DNA of 64,000 nucleotides, taken from assembly GCA_041389945.1 (NCBI GenBank), contig JAWKQW010000037.1, positions 3,770 to 67,769 of the forward strand. Reading direction: 5' to 3'. Below the pieces are notes generated by a model. The model saw only the letters and a program-made list of their open reading frames with translations. It did no database searches and was not told where the DNA came from. Both the position numbers and the translations under genes were made by a program. Below are positions 1 through 11,505 of the stretch, piece by piece. How positions within the stretch are numbered: position 1 is the first letter of the stretch; every line of letters begins with the position of its first letter. This DNA is from Kofleriaceae bacterium. GTDB taxonomy: Bacteria; Myxococcota_A; Polyangia; Haliangiales; Haliangiaceae.

Positions 1-557
1 GCGGGCGCGTCGTCGGGGATCGCCCGGCGCAGGATCACCGGCGCGGCGGCGGCGCGCGGGGGCGGCGGCGGCGGCGCCAGCCCGACGCTCGGCACGAAGC
101 CGGGCCGCAGGCGCCCGAGCGCGACCGCGGCGAGCCGCGCGTCGGCGCGCGCGACGTAGCCCGGGTGCACGGCCTCGATCGCGAAGCCGTCGGCGGCGAG
201 CACGGGCAGGACGGCGTCGTCCTCGGCCAGCTCGGCGTCGAGGCGGAGCAGGCCCAGCTCGTCGTCGGCCAGCGTCCGCAGCGCGCCCCACAGCGCGCGG
301 GCGTCGCCGGCCTCGATCGCGGCCACCCGGACCGTGCCGACGTGGCGGGTGCGCCCGCGCGCGCTCGGGATCAGCTCGCCGATCCCGATCAGGGCGTCTC
401 CCCGCCACCGGCCGAGGCGATGCGCGGTGGTGCCCGACGCGACCGCGAGGCGCTCCCTCCACGCGTCGGCATCGGCGGCGCCGAGGCGGGCGCGCACGGC
501 GTCGGGCAGCGCCATCACCGCGGCGTGATCGCTCGCCTCCAGCGGCCTCGACGTCAC
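1..557 (-). CDS. GNAT-like acetyltransferase, 5' part (gene runs off the window start)
   Basis: Not in the ORF track because there is no stop in the window. My minus-strand translation from GTG 557 reads VTSRPLEASDHAAVMALPDAVRARLG...IGIGELIPSARGRTRHVGTVRVAAIEAGDARALWGALRTLADDELGLLRLDAELAEDDAVLPVLAADGFAIEAV. Third-position GC is close to 100%. GTGA start/stop overlap with the ABC ATPase gene. The family call is weak. Confidence 0.5.
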   Translation of the reverse strand, partial: MTSRPLEASDHAAVMALPDAVRARLGAADADAWRERLAVASGTTAHRLGRWRGDALIGIGELIPSARGRTRHVGTVRVAAIEAGDARALWGALRTLADDELGLLRLDAELAEDDAVLPVLAADGFAIEAVHPGYVARADARLAAVALGRLRPGFVPSVGLAPPPPPPRAAAAPVILRRAIPDDAP

Positions 558-1564
558 GGGGTGGCCTTGCTGCCGCCGCCCCGGTGCGCGAACAGGCTGC
601 GCATCACGTCCTCGATCGGCGGATCCTCGACCGACAGATCGACCACGCCGAGGGCGCCGAGCAGGTGCGAGACCACCTCGGGCAGCCGCGCCTGCGGCAC
701 CCGGAGCGCGAACCGGCCTCCCTCCTCGGTGAGGCTCGGATCCTCGGCGAGGACGCCCAGGCGGGCGCGCGGATCGGCCCCGGCGCCGCCGGCGGGCAGG
801 GTGAAGCCCACGGTCTTGTGCGGGTCGACCCGCCGCACCAGCGCCCGTAGATCGCCGTCGTGCACGATCGCGCCGCCGTCGATGACGATCACCCGCGGAC
901 ACAGCGCGACGACGTCGTCCATGTAGTGCGACGTCAGCATCACGGTCGCCTCGTGGCGCTCGTTGTAGGCGCGGATGAAGTCGCGGATCGCGACCTGCAT
1001 CGCGACGTCGAGGCCGATGGTCGGCTCGTCGAGAAACAGCGTCGTCGGCCGGTGGAGCAACGCCGCGGTGAGCTCGCACTTCATGCGCTCGCCGAGCGAG
1101 AGCTGGCGGGTCGGCTTGCGGGTGAGGTCGCCGAGCTCGAGCAGCGCGGTGAGCTCGGCCAGGCTGGCCTCGTGCTGCGCGCGCGGCACGCCGTAGATCG
1201 CGCGGTTGAGCTCGAAGGTCTCCGCGGGCGGCAGGTCCCACAGCAGCTGCTGCTTCTGGCCCATCACCAGCGTGATCGCGCGCAGGAGCGCGTGGTCGCG
1301 CGCGTACGGACGGTGGCCGTCGACGGTGGCGCTGCCGCTGGTCGGGTGGAGCAGGCCCGAGAGGAGCTTGAGCGTGGTCGTCTTGCCGGCGCCGTTGGGG
1401 CCGAGGAACCCGACCCGCTCGCCGCGCTCGATCGTGAACGACACCGCGCGGACCGCCTCGACCGTGGTGTAGTCGCGACGGACCAGCGAGCGCATCGCCG
1501 CGCGCAGCCCCGGCGGCCGCTGGTGGACCCGGAAGTGCTTGGTGAGCTCGCGGACGACGATCAC
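554..1564 (-). CDS. ABC transporter ATP-binding protein (ABC-2 / COG4586-like), no adjacent permease
   Basis: ORF 554..1564 (336 aa). Walker A GPNGAGKTT, signature LSLGERMK, Walker B LFLDEPT, H-loop TSH, and a GQKQQLLWDLP block. GTG start at 1564. Confidence 0.93.
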   Translation of the reverse strand: MIVVRELTKHFRVHQRPPGLRAAMRSLVRRDYTTVEAVRAVSFTIERGERVGFLGPNGAGKTTTLKLLSGLLHPTSGSATVDGHRPYARDHALLRAITLVMGQKQQLLWDLPPAETFELNRAIYGVPRAQHEASLAELTALLELGDLTRKPTRQLSLGERMKCELTAALLHRPTTLFLDEPTIGLDVAMQVAIRDFIRAYNERHEATVMLTSHYMDDVVALCPRVIVIDGGAIVHDGDLRALVRRVDPHKTVGFTLPAGGAGADPRARLGVLAEDPSLTEEGGRFALRVPQARLPEVVSHLLGALGVVDLSVEDPPIEDVMRSLFAHRGGGSKATP

Positions 1565-1579
1565 GGCGAGCCGGGCGCG

Positions 1580-3238
<1,659 letters not shown>

Positions 3239-3239
3239 C

Positions 3240-4504
3240 CTAGTCCTTCTTCCCCAGGAGCTTGGTCAGGAGCCCCTTGCGTTCGTTCGTGGCCTGCCGC
3301 CGCATCTCCGCCAGCTCGCGGGCGGCGCGTTCGTTCGACGGATCGATCTCGAGCACGGCCTCGAAGCGCTGCGCGGCCTCCATGCGATCACGCGCCGCCA
3401 TCGCCTTCATGCCCTCGGCGAGGTCGACGCCGGCGCGGGCGGCGCGATCGCCGGGATGGGTCTTGGCGTAGAGCCGGTACGCCGAGATCGCGGCGTCGAA
3501 CTTGCCGTCGTCGAGCAGCGCCTCGATGCCGGCGAGGTCGAGGCTGGTGCCGTCCTCGGCGACGGTGGCCGGCGGCGCCACCAGGATCGGCGCGCGCTGG
3601 GTGTCCGGCGGCGGGATCGAGGCGGCGCGCGGCGTCGGCGGCGGCGTCGGGGCGCGGGCCTGCAGCGGACGCGGCGGCGGGGCGCTCGGGCGCGGCAGCG
3701 GCACCGCGCGTGGCACCTCACCGCCGGCGACCGGGGGCGGGGTGGCGGCGCGCGGCTGGGGTGGGCGCGCGACCGGGGGCGGGGTGGCGGCGCGCGGCTG
3801 GTGGGCGCGCGATCGGCACCGCGCGTGGCGCCGGTTGTCGCCCGAGCTGGCCGAGGGCCTGGGCGCGGGTCGTCTTCGTCGCCGATCTTGCGGTAGGCGT
3901 CGCGGATGATGATGAAGATCTCCGCCGCCAGCCGCTTGAGCTCGCTCGACGGATAGCGCGCGTAGCGATCGGGGTGGTAGCGCTTGGTCAGCTCGCCGAA
4001 GGCGGCGCGCACCTCCTCGTCGGTGACCTCGTAGCCGACCCCGAGCACCTGGAACGGGTTGAGCCGCGACAGCGACTCCAGCTCGGCGCCGAGCGCACCG
4101 ACCAGCTCGTCCTCGGCGTCGGCGACGTCGCGGCCGTCGTCGGCGCTGGCGTCGGCGGCGGGCTCGGTCGCGCGCGTCGCCGGTGGGTTGCGCGAGTCCT
4201 TCTGGGCGGCGAGGGCGGTCTCGATGAGCCACATCGCGCTCTGCGGGATGGTGGCGAGCTTGATGTCGACGCCGGGCCCGCGGCCGTTCATGCCGCCGGG
4301 CCCGACGTGCTCGGAGACCACGCCGTTGAGCACGATCATCGACTCGCTCGGGAGCGTGAGATCGATGCGCACCAGCGTGCCGAGCGCCGGCGGGTTGCCC
4401 GACTTGAGGAACATCGCCGAGCGCGACAGGTCGCGCTTGTAGATCGTCGACAGCTGCTGCCACGAGGCACATCGCAGCTTGATGCTCAGGGGCGCGGCGA
4501 CCAT
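3240..4504 (-). pseudogene. PilZ-like / J-domain / Pro-rich linker / TPR-like co-chaperone; one frame switch near 3880-3890 as sequenced
   Basis: Two overlapping ORFs (3407..4546 and 3240..4550). Frame A gives a PilZ-like N-terminus (IKLRCASW..RDLSRSAMFLKSGNPPALGTLVRIDLTLP) and a J-domain (NPFQVLGV...ELTKRYHPDRY). Third-position GC then follows frame B, giving QPRAATPPPV repeats and a TPR-like tail (AISAYRLYAKTHPGD..AAQRFEAVLEIDPSNERAA) up to TAG 3240. ATG 4504 is taken as the start. Length 1265 nt is not a multiple of 3. Confidence 0.8.
3728..3809. repeat. Tandem direct repeat, 42 nt + 40 nt, inside the Pro-rich linker
   Basis: cgaccgggggcggggtggcggcgcgcggctggggtgggcgcg is followed by the same string lacking gg. 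On the coding strand this reads QPRAATPPPVARPP / QPRAATPPPVAGGE. Confidence 0.85.
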
Positions 4505-4586
4505 GGAAACCGGGTGAGTATAGAGACCGCGCGCGACAGGGATCAAGCAAGCCCGCGGATCAGCATCAGGTTCGGCGTCGTCGGGG

Positions 4587-5201
4587 TCAGCCGCCGTCGG
4601 CCGCCGGCGTCAGCGCCCGGTACTGCGTGAGCACGCGCTCGTGGCGATCCTTGATCTCGCGCAGGTAGCGCTGCTCGCGACCGCGCTGCATGGCCTCGCG
4701 GGCCAGCTCGTGCAGGCGCTCGATGAGCAGCGGTAGGTCGTCGAAGGGCTTGTAGACGTAGCCAACCACGCCGAGGTCGGCGGCGACCGCGGCCGACCCC
4801 GGATCGTCGTAGCCGGTCATGAGGAAGGCCGGCAGCCCGGGGCTGGCGGTGCGCAGCTCGCGGATGGTCTCGAGGCCGTCGATCCCGGGCAGCCGGAGGT
4901 CGACCAGCGCGAGGTCGATCGCGACCTGCTGGCTCGCCAGCACCCGGAGCTCGCGGATCGCCTCCTCGCCCGAGAGGTACGCGAAGGTGGTGACGCCGAC
5001 CTGCTCGAGCTCGTCGGTGAGGCGGTCCGCGACCTCGCGATCGTCCTCGACCAGGAGCACCGTGGGCGCGCGGCTAGGCTCGGGATCGACGGCCGCGAGG
5101 AACTCGCCGGTGGCGCGCCGCACCCGGTGGGTGAGCTGGTCCTCGAGCTCGAGCGAGCGGCGCTCGGTGCGGATGAGGTCGCGCAGGAACTCCTCGATCA
5201 T
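4587..5201 (-). CDS. Response regulator, receiver domain preceded by a coiled-coil-like segment
   Basis: ORF 4587..5201 (204 aa): TVLLVEDDREV...DLALVDLRLPGIDG...GYVYKPF. Confidence 0.85.
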   Translation of the reverse strand: MIEEFLRDLIRTERRSLELEDQLTHRVRRATGEFLAAVDPEPSRAPTVLLVEDDREVADRLTDELEQVGVTTFAYLSGEEAIRELRVLASQQVAIDLALVDLRLPGIDGLETIRELRTASPGLPAFLMTGYDDPGSAAVAADLGVVGYVYKPFDDLPLLIERLHELAREAMQRGREQRYLREIKDRHERVLTQYRALTPAADGG

Positions 5202-5680
5202 CGCGCGCAGGGCCGCGATCTCGACCGGCCTGGGCGGCGACCCGCGCCTGCTGCGCGACGACCTGGGCCACCGCCGGCCGGCCGGCGGCGACCCTCGACC
5301 TCGAGCTCGAGCACGTCGCCGGCGCCGGCGCGGAAACAGGCGATGGCGAGCTCGGCGGGCAAGGTCTGGGCGACCACGATCGGCGCCATCCCCGGGGCGA
5401 GCGAGGCGGCGGCCGCCACCGTGGCCGGGAGGCCGGCCTCACTCTCGGGCGCATCGTCGCAGGCGGCCGCGTCGATGAGGACACACACCGGCTGGGTCCC
5501 GCCGGTGCGCCGCAGGATCGCGCGGGCCTCGTCGAGGTGGTCGACGATGGACACCGCGACCCCGGTCGCCGCCAGGCGATCGATGAGGGTGCGTACCAGC
5601 CCGGCGCTCGCGGTGCGTCCGAGGACCACGGCGGTGACCCCGGGCGGGGGTGTCGAGGCGGAGCGCGACCGATCGGCCAT
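5198..5680 (-). CDS. Receiver-like (REC-fold) protein, possibly the N-terminal half of a dual-REC protein
   Basis: ORF 5198..5803, with ATG 5680 (MADRSRSAS) as the plausible start. Sequence: VTAVVLGRTASAGLVRTLIDRL..PVCVLIDAA..APIVVAQTLPAELAIACFRAGAGDVLE. The last ~30 codons have poor third-position GC. ATGA overlap with the next gene. Confidence 0.6.
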   Translation of the reverse strand: MADRSRSASTPPPGVTAVVLGRTASAGLVRTLIDRLAATGVAVSIVDHLDEARAILRRTGGTQPVCVLIDAAACDDAPESEAGLPATVAAAASLAPGMAPIVVAQTLPAELAIACFRAGAGDVLELEVEGRRRPAGGGPGRRAAGAGRRPGRSRSRPCAR

Positions 5681-5936
5681 GGCAGCGCCGCGACGGTAGC
5701 ACCGAATCCGCACCCGGGTCGGGCCCCCCGGGGGACGCTGGCGCCTGCCGGGTGGGTGGAGCGCCGGGCGCGCCGGCGCGTCGGCGGCCGGTCTCGCTGT
5801 CATCGTCCTGTAGCTTTTGCTGCCGCGTGGACACGTGTCGGCCGCGAAACTCCGCTAGCGTCCTGCCATCGACGCCAGGCACGGTCCTCCGAGGGGGAGG
5901 TCCGTCGCCCACGGCACAACACCTCGGAGGTCTCGG

Positions 5937-8144
5937 ATGAAGCGGAAGCTAGTTGGGGGGGCGCTGATGTCCCTTGCGGTCGGTGGACTCTGGGCCGGGT
6001 GCGGCGATGATGACGCCGGCAAGGCCGATCCGATGGTGACGGTCTCGTCGCTCGAGTTCGGCGAGACCGAGTGTGGCGACACCGCGATCCCGCGGGAGTT
6101 CCAGATCACCAACGCCGGCCTCGGCGCGCTGTCGTTCACGACGGAGCTCGCCGGTGGCGCCGACTCGCCGTACCTGGTGGTGCCGCCGGCCGGCGTGGTG
6201 CTGCCCGGCCAGCAGCTCTCGGTCACCGTCTACTCGTCGGCGATCCCGTACGTGTCGGAGACCACGCCGAACCTCTACGGCGACACCCTGACCGTCACCA
6301 CGGACGTCGAGGGCGACGCGCCGCACGAGATCGAGCTGACCCAGTCGGCCACCGGCGTGTGCGACGGCAGCGGCGGCGGCCTCGACGGCCCGGCGTTCCC
6401 GGCGGTGAGCACGACCACGGTCGCCTTCGGCCAGACGGCGTGTGGCGGCACCGCGGTGCCGCGCCAGTTCCAGATCACCAACAGCGGCGGCGAGGCGTAC
6501 AGCTTCACCAGCGCGCTCGGGCTCGGGGCGGCGTCGCCGTACCTGGTGGTGCCCGACGCCGGCACCGTGCTGCCGGGTCAGCAGATCTCGGTGACCGTCT
6601 ACTCGACGGCGATCCCGGCGACGTCGGCGATCACGCCGAACCTCTACGGCGACACCCTCACCATCACCACGAACGTCACCGGCGCGGCCCCGCTGGTGGT
6701 CAACCTGACCCAGGGCGCCAGCGGCGCGATCCTCGAGTGGTCGATGGCGTCGGTCGACGTCGCGGGCGACCAGCCGGTGGGGTCGAGCACGGCCACGGCG
6801 GTGACGCTCAACAACGTCGGCAACGCGCCGGTCGAGGTCAGCTTCACGAGCACCGAGGACGTGGGCTTCTCGGTCACCACCGCGACCATCGCCGGCGGGG
6901 GCTCGCTCGCGGGCGACGCGCTGTTCACCCCGACCCGCACCGGCCTGAACGAGGGCTCGGTGACGGTGACGGCAACCGGCGCGTGCTCGGCGCCCCCTGC
7001 CTTGCCAATCTCGGGCACGGCGACGCTCATCGGCGCCGCCGTCGACGTCGCCTGGGGCCACCCCGCGCGCATCAGGAACAGCCAGACCGCCATCGGCGCG
7101 CTGCACATCATCCTGCAGGGTGGACTGGTGGCAAGCATCGGCAACGACGAGCTCGGCCAGCTCGGTACCAGCTCGATCGGTAGTCTTTTCAGCCTGGGCG
7201 TCGGCGAGGTGGTGCGCAAGGCTGATGGGACCGCGCTGCGCGACATCGTTCGCGTCGCGTCCGGACGCGCGCGCGCCTGTGGCCTGGATACGCGCGGCGA
7301 TCTCTGGTGCTGGGGCAACGTGCTGCAGGCCTCGCTGCGCCGGGGCGGACCCACCTCTCAGCCCTTCGCGTCCCTGGCCGCGAGCAACGTCGCCGACTTC
7401 GACCTGAACTACGTCGCGATGTGCGCGATCAGCACGGGGGACGGCGCGCTCTCGTGCACGCGCGCGGAGCAGCAGAACGCGCCGCAGATCAACTACGGCG
7501 GGCTGCTGGCGACCGGGGCCACGTCGATCCGGCTCAACCCGAACGGCGGTGCGGTGCTGCTCGACGATGGCACGGTGGCGACGTTCGGTCTCAGCGGCAA
7601 CCACCTCGGCACCGGCAATGGTAGCAACGAGCCGCCCGGCGTGGTCCCCGGCCTCACCGAGGTGGTTTCGATCGCGTCCAGCGGCGGCACCCCGCGCGGC
7701 ACCAACGGCGCGGCCAACTGCGCCTTGCGGATGGACGGCACGGTGTGGTGCTGGGGCCGGACCGGCCGCGGCCAGCTCGGGATCGGCAACAACAACCCGA
7801 CCTCCACCCCGACCCAGGTGTTGCTCGACACCACGCCGACGCCGCTCACCGGCGTCACCGCGCTGACCGGCGAGCACCACCACTTCTGCGCGCTGCTCGA
7901 CACCAGCGAGGTCTACTGCTGGGGCGAGGGGCGATACGGCGCGCGCGGCGACGACAACACCACCGACTCCAACGTCGCCACCAAGGTGCAGCTCGCGGTC
8001 GACGACGCGGTCGCCGTGGGGCTGTCGCGGTTCGGCGGCTGCGCGGTCCACGCCGACGGTGGGCTGTCGTGCTGGGGCGTGATGCCCGAGACCCTGTCGA
8101 GCGAGCTGCCGCAGCGGCTCCCGCGGTTCTCGCCGGTGCTCTGA
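5937..8144 (+). CDS. Lipoprotein with three Ig-like repeats and a C-terminal RCC1-type beta-propeller
   Basis: ORF 5937..8144 (735 aa). Signal peptide and lipobox LWAGC, GGAGG ribosome-binding site. Two near-identical ~100 aa modules ([19 protein letters not shown].. / [19 protein letters not shown]..) plus a third, diverged one. RCC1-like repeats (CWGNV.., [29 protein letters not shown]). Confidence 0.9.
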   Translation: MKRKLVGGALMSLAVGGLWAGCGDDDAGKADPMVTVSSLEFGETECGDTAIPREFQITNAGLGALSFTTELAGGADSPYLVVPPAGVVLPGQQLSVTVYSSAIPYVSETTPNLYGDTLTVTTDVEGDAPHEIELTQSATGVCDGSGGGLDGPAFPAVSTTTVAFGQTACGGTAVPRQFQITNSGGEAYSFTSALGLGAASPYLVVPDAGTVLPGQQISVTVYSTAIPATSAITPNLYGDTLTITTNVTGAAPLVVNLTQGASGAILEWSMASVDVAGDQPVGSSTATAVTLNNVGNAPVEVSFTSTEDVGFSVTTATIAGGGSLAGDALFTPTRTGLNEGSVTVTATGACSAPPALPISGTATLIGAAVDVAWGHPARIRNSQTAIGALHIILQGGLVASIGNDELGQLGTSSIGSLFSLGVGEVVRKADGTALRDIVRVASGRARACGLDTRGDLWCWGNVLQASLRRGGPTSQPFASLAASNVADFDLNYVAMCAISTGDGALSCTRAEQQNAPQINYGGLLATGATSIRLNPNGGAVLLDDGTVATFGLSGNHLGTGNGSNEPPGVVPGLTEVVSIASSGGTPRGTNGAANCALRMDGTVWCWGRTGRGQLGIGNNNPTSTPTQVLLDTTPTPLTGVTALTGEHHHFCALLDTSEVYCWGEGRYGARGDDNTTDSNVATKVQLAVDDAVAVGLSRFGGCAVHADGGLSCWGVMPETLSSELPQRLPRFSPVL
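6057..6725 (+). repeat. Internal tandem domain duplication (units ~6057-6356 and ~6426-6725, offset 369 nt)
   Basis: Both units run from ttcggc(gag/cag)ac..tgtggcg to ..ctgacccag..ggc. The protein modules share long identical runs ([31 protein letters not shown]). Confidence 0.75.
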
Positions 8145-8162
8145 CCCAACGCGGTTTCGTGT

Positions 8163-8205
8163 CGACGCGCCGATCGCGGGCCCCGCGGCGGCGCGTCGTC
8201 GTTTT
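8163..8205 (+). terminator. Candidate intrinsic terminator after the RCC1 lipoprotein gene
   Basis: Perfect 10-bp stem cgacgcgccg (8163-8172) / cggcgcgtcg (8189-8198), GC-rich 16-nt loop, then tcgttttc. Confidence 0.5.
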
Positions 8206-8269
8206 CGGCGGCGCCAGGCGGCGTGGTGCCGTCGCGGCGGGCTCGCCGTCCACGGTGTAGGATGCCGGC

Positions 8270-9334
8270 ATGAGCGCCGCCGCCGCCGAGCCCGAGCACC
8301 TGTTCCTGCGCGCGTGCCGGCGGCTGCCGGTGACGCGCACGCCGGTGTGGATGATGCGCCAGGCCGGCCGCTACTTGCCGGCGTACATGGCGGTGCGCAA
8401 GCGGGTATCGTTCCTCGAGCTGTGCCACACGCCGGCGCTCGCCTGCGAGGTGACGCTGCAGCCCATCGACACCTTCGGCTTCGACGCCGCGATCCTGTTC
8501 TCCGACATCCTGGTGCCGCTGCCGGCGATGGGGCTGCCCATCGAGTTTCCGGAGAAGGGCCCAAAGATCATGAACCCGGTGGCCACCGCCGCCGACGTCG
8601 AGCGGCTGCGGGTGCCCGATCCCGAGCTCGAGATGGGCTTCGTGCCCGAGGCGGTGCGCCAGATCCAGCGCGCGCTGGCCGGGCGGGTGCCGCTCATCGG
8701 CTTCTCGGGCGCGCCGCTGACGCTCATGACCTACGCGGTCGAGGGTGGCGGCTCGAAGGACTTCGCCAAGACCAAGGCGATGCTGTTCGGCGCGCCTGAG
8801 ACCGCGCACGCGCTGCTCGGCAAGCTGACCGAGACCTGCGCGACCTACCTCGAGGCGCAGCTCGCCGCCGGCGCCGATGCGCTGCAGATCTTCGACAGCT
8901 GGGCCGGGGTGCTGTCGCCGGGCGACTTCCGCGAGTACGCGCTGCGCTGGGCCCGCGATCTCATCGCCCGGGTGCGGGCGTCGCGCGCGTTCGCCACGCG
9001 GCCGGTGCCGATCATCTACTTCGTCAACGGCTGCGCGCCGTACCTCGGCGACTACGCCGACAGCGGCGCCGACGTGCTCGGCGTCGACTGGCGGGTCGAC
9101 CTCGGCGAGGTGCGGCGCCGGGTCGGCGATGGGGTCGCCTTGCAAGGCAACCTCGATCCCGGCGCGCTGTTCGCGACGCCGGCGGAGATCCGCGCGCGGG
9201 TGCAGGGCATCCTGGCCCAGGCCGGCCCCACCGGGCACATCTTCAACCTCGGCCACGGCGTGATGCCCCAGACCAACCCCGAGCACGTGCGGGTCATGGT
9301 CGAGGCGGTCCGCGAGCTGTCGGCGCGACCGTGA
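8270..9334 (+). CDS. hemE: Uroporphyrinogen decarboxylase
   Basis: ORF 8270..9334 (354 aa): [47 protein letters not shown]. Confidence 0.95.
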   Translation: MSAAAAEPEHLFLRACRRLPVTRTPVWMMRQAGRYLPAYMAVRKRVSFLELCHTPALACEVTLQPIDTFGFDAAILFSDILVPLPAMGLPIEFPEKGPKIMNPVATAADVERLRVPDPELEMGFVPEAVRQIQRALAGRVPLIGFSGAPLTLMTYAVEGGGSKDFAKTKAMLFGAPETAHALLGKLTETCATYLEAQLAAGADALQIFDSWAGVLSPGDFREYALRWARDLIARVRASRAFATRPVPIIYFVNGCAPYLGDYADSGADVLGVDWRVDLGEVRRRVGDGVALQGNLDPGALFATPAEIRARVQGILAQAGPTGHIFNLGHGVMPQTNPEHVRVMVEAVRELSARP

Positions 9335-10644
9335 GCCGGGTCGCGGTGGTCGGCGGCGGCCTCGCCGGGCTGTGCGCGGCGCACCGGTTGGTCGAGGCCG
9401 GGCACGAGGTGGTGGTGTACGAGGCGGCCGCGCGCGTCGGCGGCGTGGTCGGCACCCGCGCCGACGACGGCTGGCGCCTGGAGACCGCGGCCAGCGCGTT
9501 CCTGGCCGGCGCCGACGACGGCCTCGCCGCGCTGTGCGCCGAGCTCGGGGTGCCGGTGCACGCGGCCAGCGCGGTCGCCCGTCGACGCTACGTGTACATC
9601 GACGGTCGTCGCCGGATCATCCCGACCAACCCGCTGGCGCTGGCGCGCACCGACCTGTTGACCTGGCGCGGCAAGCTCGAGCTGTTGCGCGAGCCGTGGC
9701 GCCCGCGCGGCGAGGCCGGCGACGAGTCGGTCCACGCGCTGGCGGCGCGCCGGCTCGGGCCGGAGGCGGCGCGCGCGCTGGTCGCGCCGATGGTGACCGG
9801 CGTGTTCGCCGCGCGCGCGCACGACGTCGGCGTCGCCGCCGGGTTCCCGCGCCTGGCGGCGCTCGTCGCCGAGGGTGGCCTGGTGCGCGGCGCGCTCAAG
9901 GCGGCGTGGCGGCAGCGTGGCCGCAAGCGACCGCGCGGCCTGGCGGCGCCGGCCGACGGCCTCGGCGCGGTGGTCGCGGCGCTGGCGTCGCGGCTGGGCG
10001 CGCGCGTGCGCTGCGGCCAGGTGGTGAGCGCGGTCGGCGAGGGCCGCGTGATCATCGGCGACCAGGTGCATCGCCACGACGCGATCGTGCTGGCCACCCC
10101 GGCGCGGGTCAGCGCGGGGCTCGTCGAGGACGCCGCGCCGGAGCTGGCGGCCCGGCTCGCCGAGCTGCGGCGGGCGCCGACCGCGGTGGTCTACCTCGGC
10201 TATCCGGCCGCCGCGGTGGCCGCGGCCGCCGATGGCTTCGGCGTGCTGGTCGCCGACGGCGAGGCGCCGCGGGTGCTCGGCGTGGTGTTCGAGTCGACCC
10301 TGTGGCCGGGGCGGGCGCCGGCGGGGCAGGCGCTCCTGCGCTGCATCTACGGCGGCGCTCGCGACCCCGGCGTGCTCGATCAGGATGACGCCGGGTTGCT
10401 CGCCCAGGCCGAGCGCGACGTCGCCGCGGTGCTCGGCGTCGACGCGACGCCGACCCGACGCGAGGTCGTGCGCTGGCGCGACGGCATCGCCGCGTACCCG
10501 GTCGGGCATCGCGATCGGGTCGCGACCCTCGACACCCTCGCGCACCGGTCGCGGTGGGTGCTCGCCGGCGCCGACTACCACGGCGTCGGCGTCAACGACG
10601 TGTGCGCCGACGCGCGTCGGGTGGTGGCGGAGGTCGCCGCGTGA
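9331..10644 (+). CDS. hemY: HemY-type protoporphyrinogen (or coproporphyrinogen) oxidase, FAD-dependent
   Basis: ORF 9331..10644 (437 aa). Dinucleotide-binding fold [30 protein letters not shown]-terminal [16 protein letters not shown] overlap with hemE. Confidence 0.88.
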   Translation: MSRVAVVGGGLAGLCAAHRLVEAGHEVVVYEAAARVGGVVGTRADDGWRLETAASAFLAGADDGLAALCAELGVPVHAASAVARRRYVYIDGRRRIIPTNPLALARTDLLTWRGKLELLREPWRPRGEAGDESVHALAARRLGPEAARALVAPMVTGVFAARAHDVGVAAGFPRLAALVAEGGLVRGALKAAWRQRGRKRPRGLAAPADGLGAVVAALASRLGARVRCGQVVSAVGEGRVIIGDQVHRHDAIVLATPARVSAGLVEDAAPELAARLAELRRAPTAVVYLGYPAAAVAAAADGFGVLVADGEAPRVLGVVFESTLWPGRAPAGQALLRCIYGGARDPGVLDQDDAGLLAQAERDVAAVLGVDATPTRREVVRWRDGIAAYPVGHRDRVATLDTLAHRSRWVLAGADYHGVGVNDVCADARRVVAEVAA

Positions 10645-11505
10645 TCGGCCGCGCCGGGCTCGGCGCCGTGGCGCTCATGGCGGCCACCCTCGCGTGCGCC
10701 GGCGGCAAGCGCGGCCCCGCAGGGCGAGGCGGGCGCGGGCGCGGTGGCGCGCGACGCGGCCGGGAGCGCCGGCGTCGCGCCCGCGGTGCCGACGCCACCG
10801 CCACCGGGCGCCGCGCCGGACTACCGGCTCGCGGCCGACGGTGCGACCGGCACGATCAAGGTGACCGCCCGCTGGCCCGAGGCTCCGCCGTCGGCCCGCG
10901 CCAGCGCCGGCGTCGGTGCGTGCGGTCAGCCCCGTCGGCCGCCGGCGCAGGTGCACACCCTCGGCGGCGTCGCCGGCGTGCTGGTCGTCGTCGCCGCCCG
11001 CCGGGCGCGCGCTGCCGGCGCCGACGCCGATCCGGATCGAGGTGCGCGACTGCCTGCTGGTGCCGCAGGTCCAGGTCGCCAAGGCGTTGCCCGCCGTGGT
11101 CGACGTGATCGGCGCCGGGCCGCGCCGCCACCAGCTCCGCGTCGACGAGGTCGGCACGCCGGCGCGGCTCGGGACGCTCGACGGGTCGCCCTCGGCGGCG
11201 ACGGTGTCGCTGCCGTGGATGGGCGCGACGGTGCGGCGCCGCCTCGCCGCTCCGAGCCTGCTCCGGGTCACCACCGTCGAGGACGGCGACGATCCGGCCT
11301 GGGTCCTGGCCACCGGCACGCCGTACGCGGCGGTCACCGACGACGAGGGCGTGGCCGACCTCGGCGCGGCGCCGCCCGGGACCTACCCGGTGGTGGCGTG
11401 GTTGCCACCGACCGGCGGTGGCGCCGGCGCGTCGCGCGCGGCGAGGTGATCGTGGTCGCGGGCGCCGAGGCGAGCGTGGTCCTCGACCTCGGCGCGTCGC
11501 CATGA
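10641..11505 (+). pseudogene. Lipoprotein of unknown function; three frame switches as sequenced
   Basis: GTG 10641 overlaps the hemY stop. Signal peptide and lipobox [19 protein letters not shown]. The plausible protein continues in frame +1 from ~10718 (..DYRLAADGATGTIKVTARWPEAPP..), in frame +2 from ~10995 (PIRIEVRDCLLVPQVQV..TDDEGVADLGAAPPGTYPVVAWLPP), and back by ~11435 (GEVIVVAGAEASVVLDLGASP, stop 11505). Each segment has near-100% third-position GC. Confidence 0.6.

Noticed and set aside
3880-3890. Programmed ribosomal frameshifting as the explanation for the J-protein and other frame switches
   Set aside because: I saw no slippery heptamer or downstream structure at the switch sites. 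The switches are too numerous, hit conserved motifs and occur in unrelated genes.
5949-8564. 871-aa minus-strand ORF opposite the RCC1 lipoprotein gene
   Set aside because: Its composition (Arg ~25%, Ala, Gly, Pro) and lack of any domain mark it as an antisense shadow. The plus-strand gene has a lipobox, repeats and a ribosome-binding site.
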